Part shown: one piece after another, positions 53,801 through 62,800 of the stretch
Numbering within the stretch: position 1 is the stretch's first letter
Layout of the letters: every line of letters begins with the position of its first letter
Assembly (NCBI GenBank): GCA_002633005.1
Contig: NMRA01000200.1
Coordinates: 641,951-705,950 of the forward strand
DNA: 64,000 bases
Source: Phoronis australis
Taxonomy: Eukaryota; Animalia; Phoronida
Direction: 5' to 3'
The notes under the pieces: generated by a model
Told to the model about the DNA's origin: nothing
Seen by the model: only the letters and a program-made list of their open reading frames with translations
Database searches by the model: none
Translations under genes and position numbers: made by a program

Positions 53801-56800
53801 GTCAGCTATATAACTATGAGTATGTCAAGTTCGATGGTTCTACATGGTTGGAATACAGTAACCTAGGCATACAGAGGTGAGCTCTTACGTCAGCTATACA
53901 ACTATGAGTATGTTAAGTTTGATGGTTCTACATGGTTGGAATACAGTAACCTAGGCATACAGAGGTGAGCTCTTCTGTCAGCTATATAACTATGAATATG
54001 TTATGTTCGATTGTTCTACATGGTTGGAATACTGTAACCTAGGCATACAGAGGTGAGCTCTTACGTCAGCTATACAACTATGAGTATGTTAAGCTTGATG
54101 GTTCTACATGGTTGGAATACAGTAACCTAGGCATACAGAGGTGAGCACGTGTGTCAGCTATATAACTATGAGTATGTTAAGTTTGATGGTTCTACATGGT
54201 TAGAATACAGTAACCTAGGCATACAGAGGTGAGCTCTTCTGTCAGCTATATAANATACAGTAACCTAGGCATACAGAGGTGAGCTCTTATGTCAGCTATA
54301 TAACTATGAATATGTTATGTTCGATTGTTCTACATGGTTGGAATACAGTAACCTAGGCATACAGAGGTGAGCTCGTGTGTCAACTATGTAACTATGAGTA
54401 TGTTAAGTTTGATAGTTCTACATGGTTGGAATATTGTAACCTAGGCATACAGAGGTGAACTTTTAAGTTACTTACATAATTGTGAAGCTATAAGTGTTGT
54501 TATTGATGAAGAAAGTCATATACACCTATTACTTCTAAAAGTATTGATTTTACTGAAACAAAAATGTTCAGATGAGTTTGATCAAACGTGCTATTTCACT
54601 TTACAGCCACTAAATTATTAGACTTCATTAGGGCTGCCTCATGGCTAGCTAAACAGGAACGTAACCAAAATGCAGGCGTGGGAGAAATCCGTCACTGAGT
54701 TCTGACTTATTGCATAATTACATGTACTTGTCATACAAACAAACTCCTTTAATTCATCTGGCTTTACATTTATGTTATCTATATTATGACTCCAAAGCCT
54801 GTCCCATCAATGACTTCTTGACCATGGTTTGTAAATACGAATAAACGCGACCCTCTACACACATTCACTGTCATGTTTACATGGCTGTGGACTCCGTGAA
54901 ATTCGTCACTGCTGGATATACTTAATTTGCCCTAAAAATAGCCCATGCATCTTGATACATGTGCATTTGTCACGTTTTTCCCCGTGTGTGGGTGGGCGCA
55001 GGTTGTTACAGATCGGTGCTAATAGCTTTCGGTGCGATGATCGACTGAAGACTGGTTCGAGTTATTAATCCCGACCGTACGTTCACAAGCCTACTCAAAC
55101 AAAACGTCCGACGTAATGTCTGTTTATGCTCCAGCCAGTGCTGCGAAGCCTTGACTTGTGATGAACTTCTGAGATACTTCCAGCAACTGATTCAATAACC
55201 TGCTGACTCTATAGCTGGCTCTCTATTGACTATCGCTGTAACTGCTGATTCTCTTCACTGCAACTCAACTGCACATGTAGTTCTCCTGATTAACTTTCTT
55301 GAACTTACTTGATCTGACTTGATCTCCCGACTTGATCTGACTAACACAAACCCATGCTTGTGTATTTATAGCCTAATGCATTGTTCTGGAACTTTACATC
55401 AATTCAAGCACATTCTAGAACTCCTGAATCTACCCAATCATTCTACAAACACATACTAGTCTCTAGAATATTCCAGACTGCATTAATCACTGTCATGCTA
55501 GAGTCTTCTAAAAGTTCCACACTATACTGTAGTAAATCAATTACATCATCACTGTTCTGACCTCAGTCTTCTAGAAAGTTCCACACTATTTTGTAGTAAA
55601 CAAATTACATCATCACTGTACTTAACTCAGGGGTCATGCCAATCAAACAGAATAACAAAACAAAACAATACAACTAAAAATACTGTCAGACCATATTCTG
55701 ACAGCATTCACACAATTGTCACTCCGTGGATTCTTGCACAGCACTCGTGGAACAGAAAATTTCAATGAGCTCCCTTCTGGAGGCAACTGCATCCGAAATC
55801 CCCATCCCCTACTGCATGTGTATGTTAGGCCCCCCACGCCTAGTGCAGGTTTATTTGTAGCTCCATCCCCTTATTATTTCAAGCCCACGTAGTCCCTGGA
55901 GAATTCTTCAGTAAAATAATTATAGTAGTCACCTGTCTGACTTGTCAAATGGCCGTGATCAGTTTTTGCACATGATGCCTGAATTTGGGATAAGTGCACG
56001 CATAATTCACGGGCTATGCTCTTGCAAATCATGAAGACAAAATATTCTGTAATGTACAGGTGTGTCAACTCTGTTTACATGTTTATTTCAAAAACAAATA
56101 TACACGTTTACAAGTGAGAAGTTAGGTCCTGGGGTCTGTTTCATGAAGTGTCTTGATTTGAGAAAGGAATTTGGCCTTTAGCTCCTCATAACAATTTCTA
56201 AGAAATAGTTGAGCCTCACATGATCAAAATTCTATGAGAATATACACATCACTGTTAGTTACTGAGATAATTTTTGTCAATTATTTTTCGATTGTTATGC
56301 GCTCATAATTACTTAATAACTAAAACTTTGTACAGCAATTCATGAAATGGAACCGTAAGACCGAATTTCTGTCTTTTAGTCACTTTTATGAAACAGACCC
56401 CAGAATCCGCACGTGTCAACAGAAAGAATTTGTAGGAGGGGGCTATGATGGAATGCAATACAACTGGTTTCATTTCACTTACTTTCCCCTGTGTAAACAG
56501 GTATTGAGAAGTGATTACTTCAAGATATTACGTTGCTGCCTGTAAAGTCGCAAGTGGCTGTACAATGATATACTGGAAACTTGGTCGAATTGGCCAGTCA
56601 CAGGTTTAATTTTTAATTTATGCTTAATGTTATGTTACTGCACATTACCTGATTGGAAAGTCAAATCGTCACTGTCATTGTCTGAAGTTTCCAATGTACT
56701 AAGTTTTCATTATTCCATTCTGCAGACAAATTACTGTTGGTGAATCCCGGGGGTGAGTTATAGTTAATAAATATGCAGTTGAAAAGCTGCTCGAGAGAAA

Positions 56801-59800
56801 AGTTTGCATAAGGCGATTTTTTTTAAATAAGACCATCTTATTTAGTCTCAAAGTATGTGGAATGGTTCCGCACTTTTTTATATCCACATAGGGCCATAAA
56901 AATGGTATGAAACAAATCTATACCTTACCCTAAACGTGTTTACAATGTTACATTTTTATTTCCTCCATTAGCATTTTCTTAATAAGGAGTTCAGTTTTTG
57001 CAATGCGGAATATTCCACACTGACTGGGGAATATTCCGCACTCAGACTGCGGAATATTCCGCAAAATTTGTACTGTGTATATCTAATATAACAAGAATTA
57101 ATGTCAAATAATAAATTCACCAAAATGTACAATATTTTATGAAACTCATCGCATATTCATGACATTCATTACATATTCATGATATGTTTTTGCGAAGTAT
57201 GTTGATTTGATAGCATTAAAGATAGTATTACTCACTTGCTGATTCTTGATGTTTTGGCTTTCAGTTGAGTAACTGGCCCATGCGGTACATCCACACGTTT
57301 TAATGAGCTACATAGCAAACTAGATTGCGTATTGGCCACAAAGAATAGTTGTCTCGAGATCGCTGACCAGTACCATATATATTGCAAACACAGTAGAAAA
57401 TTTCTTACCGGTGCTGTCAAATTCTTAGAGTTGTTTACCAGATGATTATGGAGCTGAGAAATGTCACTTGAAAAAGGATACAGTACTTTGTTGTAGCCAC
57501 GCTAAAGGAGTGAGGATAGCAATTAAGATTGTCCTGACTAGTGAAGGCACTGGGAAACTCATGCCTGGCTCAAGTCTGGCTCACGGTGCGCCTGCACTTT
57601 GTTCACGCCTAACTCACGATAAGTCACGCTTACTTTCATGCCTGTTGTCACTGTCGATTAATGCCTCACTCTTCAGTTCTGGTCACGCCTAACCAGAGCA
57701 GAGGCAGCCCAGATGAAGTCTCATAACTCAGTGACTGTATTGTCTGTACCCTATCATTTCTCTTTCAGAAAGAAAAGTGAAACAAGGAATGATATAAGCC
57801 TACATTTCAAGACATCATCCCAGAATGGCCTATTGTTAATAATACACAAGTCCAGCTCCATCTCGGGTGACTACCTGACTTTGGCTGTTGTAGGTGGTCG
57901 ACTGGAGTTGTCCTACAATTTGGGCATGCAGTCAGCCGCCAATCTACATATACTGCGTTCTGGTGTACGTGTCAATGATGGCAAGTGGCATAAAGTGCAC
58001 ATCACTAGGTGAGCAAGCTTTACTTATTGATGTGGCCTTTTGCTAACCATTTCACAAGCAACTGACTTTTCAGAACTTTCATGAAAAATGCTCGATTTCT
58101 TTGTAGCTTTTTTGTAGCTTGTAGCTTTGTCTGGATATTAAAGGCAAAGGCAACCTTTCTTCATGTCATTTTTAGTAGAAATAAGGTTCGCTGGTTATCC
58201 CAGACATATTTTTCAGTTAATTACAGCTTCTCATAATTTAATTCATTACTCGTCCCCTACACTGGAAGTGAAGTTTAGGGAATCAAGAATTACGTGGCAA
58301 TTTGGTTTTGCGTTCAAGTTTACTGTGAGGATCAATACTACTGTTTCATGCTTTTTTTTCTAAAATTGTCGTCACCACTTCCTTCGACGAGTATTCTATG
58401 ACAAGCTGGGTTATTAGAGAACTCAATTACATTGGATTTAGGGATTGTTTAATTTGTAGTAACCTGAAATTGACTGGAGTCGGTGACCCATGTCACAGTG
58501 ACTGTATTGACGTGAGTGACGCAGACATTTTTCATATACTATAAGGGGCTGAGGGCTATAGCCCCCACTTTTTTCGGTGCTGCGCTGCCCATGGTATATG
58601 AGCGGTGCACTACAGGGGGACTGGGGGTGCGTTAACCCCCCACATTTGTCAGTGCTGCGTCTAATGAGCTATATACAAGTATGGAGATGACACAATTATA
58701 CTCGCAAGCCAGACAGCGCGTGACATGTGGTCCGCCGTATTGATTATGAACGAAATGTAAACAAAAGCACGGTTGCCTTACGGAAGCCAGGGAATTCTCA
58801 GAATAAAATTTGAAATTTTAAATACTAACGAGGTTTTAAAATATTGGTAACTTAAAGCAATGTAAACTTGTGACCCACACATTGCTTAAACCGTCATATA
58901 AGCCTGCAAAGACAAAATTCCTAATGCTTTGGCTGAAATTCTCATGGAGAGCTGCTAGGGCCTGGCAGGTTTTGCTAGCTCAGTCAAAGAGACAATCACT
59001 GAAATGTATAAAATTTGGAAATATTTCCGTTATACTACGTGGTGTTAAACAGTGATTAATCTTTGCAGTTTTTTTCAAAAATAAAATGCATGTAAGGGGT
59101 GCTGAGGTGTCTCAAGAAATATTACTACACTATGTTTCTTTAACTATCTGGTATTACTTGTCATAGTACCTAATTCATTTTAGCATGGTGAACTAGTGGT
59201 TTGTACAGTTTGAAACGACATTCTCTCACAATTCACAAAGTTGTGTCATAGACTCTGTTGTAAAACATCACGACAACTGCAATACATATATTGCTTCCAT
59301 TCAGAGGGCAATTGGACAAGAGGCTTTAGTGCTGACTGGAAGTCAGTTTGTTACACAGTGGCCAGGCGGTCACGACCTCATAGGATTTGTTGAATTACAC
59401 GCAAGAGCAGAGCATGAATTTGGCGATCTCTTAGAAAATTATTCCACGTTCACATCAGTACGAAACATACATAACGGCAAAGTATCTGGTGGAGTGACAG
59501 TAATGGTAAAGAACAATAATAGGAACCAAAATAACTCGCATCTGTGAGAATTTGGAAGACAGAGTATATTTGCATCTCAAAGATTTGTTTGCTGGCTCAG
59601 ACAAGCCAGATGTAATAATAGGTTTTATTTATCTCCCTCCCGAAGGGTCATCATACTACAGCCACGACATTTCTGACTGCGGTGTTGATCGTCTCGAGGA
59701 TGACTTTACCTGCTTAAAGAGTAATGGGAAATTTAACCACTCACGGGTTATTTTGACAGGTGACTTTAATTCAAGGACAGCTACACTCAGAGACTACATC

Positions 59801-62800
59801 CCAGATGACGATATCACCCAATTCAATGTCCTTGCCAATAGCGATTGTTGTTATGTTCAAAATAATTTTGAAAAATCAAGAAACAACCAAGATGCGAAAT
59901 CTAATTACTTTGGCAAAGAACTTGCCAAATTTTGTGCAGTATATGGTACGCACATAGTTAACGGTAGATACCCCTCAGACAGAGAAGGAAACTATTCGTT
60001 CGTCTCCACTCGAGGATGCAGCACTATTGACTATGTTATTGCCGAGGCATCTCTGTTCGAATATATTAATGACTTTGAAGTATTAAACTACGACCAGTCA
60101 GGCCATTTCCCTATCATGTGTGCTCTACGTTATCTAGAACGTACGGAAGCTGATACAGACGGATCGAACACTAGTGTCAGAACAACCCCATTGCACTGAC
60201 TCAAGTGGCAGCCACACAAATCTTCAAGTTTTAAGGATAGACTGGGCAGCGTTGACACCACCGAGAAATTATCCCAAATATCTTCAGCCATCGATATGGA
60301 TATTAAAAAAGCAGTTAAATTAATAAATGAATTATTCCACGCTTGCGGCGCTGACATGAAAATCAGCAAGAAACCCGCAGTAAACAGGCAGCAGCCAGGG
60401 TGGTTCGACAACGTTTGCGAGCAAAAGAAAATAGAAAAACATAATTTATTGAAACTTTTCAGATCCACAAAGTGTGTGGATACACTACGTAATTATATTG
60501 ATACGAAAAGACAATTTAAGGAAACCTGTCATGAAAAAAAGAATTATAACGAACAAATAAGAAATTATGTGATTCAGTGAGAGATCCAAGAATATTCTGG
60601 GCAAACGTGAAGTCAATCATAAATCCGAACAATATTCAACAAGCGGATATTTCATCGAACGAATGGTATAACTATTTTGAAAAACTCTTGAACACTGAGC
60701 CTGTATGGGAAAACAGGGAATTCCTTAATAATTTGCTGGACGAAATGCGAGAGCACGATGAAAAGCTGCAATGACTGTGCCAACAATGACTGTGATGAAA
60801 CACACACCTGGCCAGGTGGTCACATTGTATTGCCCTATCAGCTGTTTTAAAAACTAGATAGACCTTTGTGTAATGCCTTGCTGACAGATGTCCCTTTGGC
60901 GGTTGGTCTTATCTGTATAACTTACTGGATTCACTGGACAACTTGAATCATACTGTCTGAGAGGTTGGTTGATATAAATTTTCTGAAATTCTGCTGTTGC
61001 CACTTGTCATATATGGTGAGTGACAACTCAGTTAATCTGTTACTCAGTTAACCTCAAACATTAGCTGGCCAATTTGCTCGACTCTAAGACTGTGACTGTG
61101 AAACTGCCAGGGCAAATGAGACTACATTTGCATTTGGGCTATACCGATCAATATGCTGCCTTCTCGATTTGATCGCTGGCATTCATTGTTAGATACATAT
61201 CATGCTGTCAGATAACTGTTATGGTCACAAGGTACCTAAACTACACAGTCAACGGACTCTTAAATATGGGCACGGATGCATGAACACGACTCACGGACCT
61301 GCAAACACCGTCCACTGACTCACAAACACGGGAACGGACTCACAAAACATGATCCACGCACCCAAAGACATGGGTCACGGACTCATATTCACAAAGTAAC
61401 ACGGTTAACGGACAGCCAAACACGAGTCATGGACTCATCGGCTTCCTGGGTCAGCTGACATCTTCATTTTGTCTGTAAACCGTGTTTGGTGGTCTGTTAA
61501 TCTTGAATATGAGTCCATGTCCCGTGTATTTGGGTGCGTGGATCGTGTTTTGTGAGTCTGTTCCCATGTTTTTGAGTCAGTGGACGATGTTTGCAGGTCC
61601 GTGAGTCGTGTTCCTGCGTCCGTGCCAGTGTTTATGAGTCCGTTGACCGTGTAGTTTAGATACGTTGGGTCAGAGCCACTGTGTGTCTAGCTCCAGACAG
61701 AATGCCTGTATGCAATTTTAGGAACTGAGGTAATATTGTTTCCAAGTCATAAGATTCGGACACGAGTTGGCTAAAGCATTGAATCTAGCGTATATTTGCA
61801 AAAAATACATTACTCGCTTTTATCTTAATTCATTGAAAAGTTAACAGTGAAGATCAAATCCACTTGATACCAACATTTAGGGTTATGGCGGTAATGTTTT
61901 ATGCTTGACATATGTCCCGAAAATGGTAGGTGCGTCACAAACTCCGTTTCCAGAGATAAAAAGGAGACTATATATAGGTCACTTATTATGACACCTTAAC
62001 GGTACAGAAATATGAATATAAAATATTAAATACACAAAAAATAATCGCTGGAAAGATTGGTAATAAAAAGCACAGCACTCAGGTGCGAGGAAGTATCTGA
62101 CCAATAAGGTGGCAGTGGGTGGGAAACAATGGAGAGAGATTGAACTCGAATGTAAGTACAGCTAAAGCAAAGGTTTGACAGGAAACACGTGATTAGTGAG
62201 AACAAAGGTAAACCCTAAGGACACGTGATAAAATATGAATAGCTTCAAACTAGTCTAACACACTGAACAATTGGAGTTGGTCAAAATTAGTCTGATGAAC
62301 CCGCAAACTATTAGTTTCCACTGAGCAGAAGGACTCTTGGTCATAGTTTTACTAGGTGTACATTTGCGTCAAGTTTAAATAATGTCAATTTTATTTCTGT
62401 AGAAATCACCGCAAGGGCCATTTGTTAGTGGACAATCAATACCATGTCACTGGTGTGTCCAAGGTTGGTGCAACTACTCTAGACACAGATGGTAAACTCT
62501 TCATGGGTGAGTCATGATCAGTTGGGGTCATATGAAAAGTTTTGGTGAAATTTTGTCTTGGCAATTCATTGAAATTAAATCAGTTGTGGTACACAGATAA
62601 AGGTGAGGTTGTGATTACCAACACACACACAAGATTGTGGTGATCAGGGAACTGGCTATGTGAGATGAAAATATTGTGTTCTATTCTGTTTTGTTTATTT
62701 CCTCTATTGGTTTACCTATAGTCATTTATAAAGTCTGTCAGTCATCTGTCCTTGTGAGCCAATGAAAGCTCAGTAATCTAGGATTGCCTCCTTTATAGTA

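Noticed and set aside
53735-54460. CRISPR-like array (conserved repeat with variable intervening segments)
   Set aside because: The intervening segments are homologous to each other, the repeat is a copy of an agrin exon end, the context is a spliced animal gene, and there are no cas genes.
56501-56541. z-site exon after the pyrimidine-rich ...AAACAG
   Set aside because: The phase-2 reading gives TAT-TGA (stop).
57265-57284. Second z-site micro-exon after the acceptor-like GGCTTTCAG
   Set aside because: 20 nt (not a multiple of 3), with an immediate TGA in phase 2.
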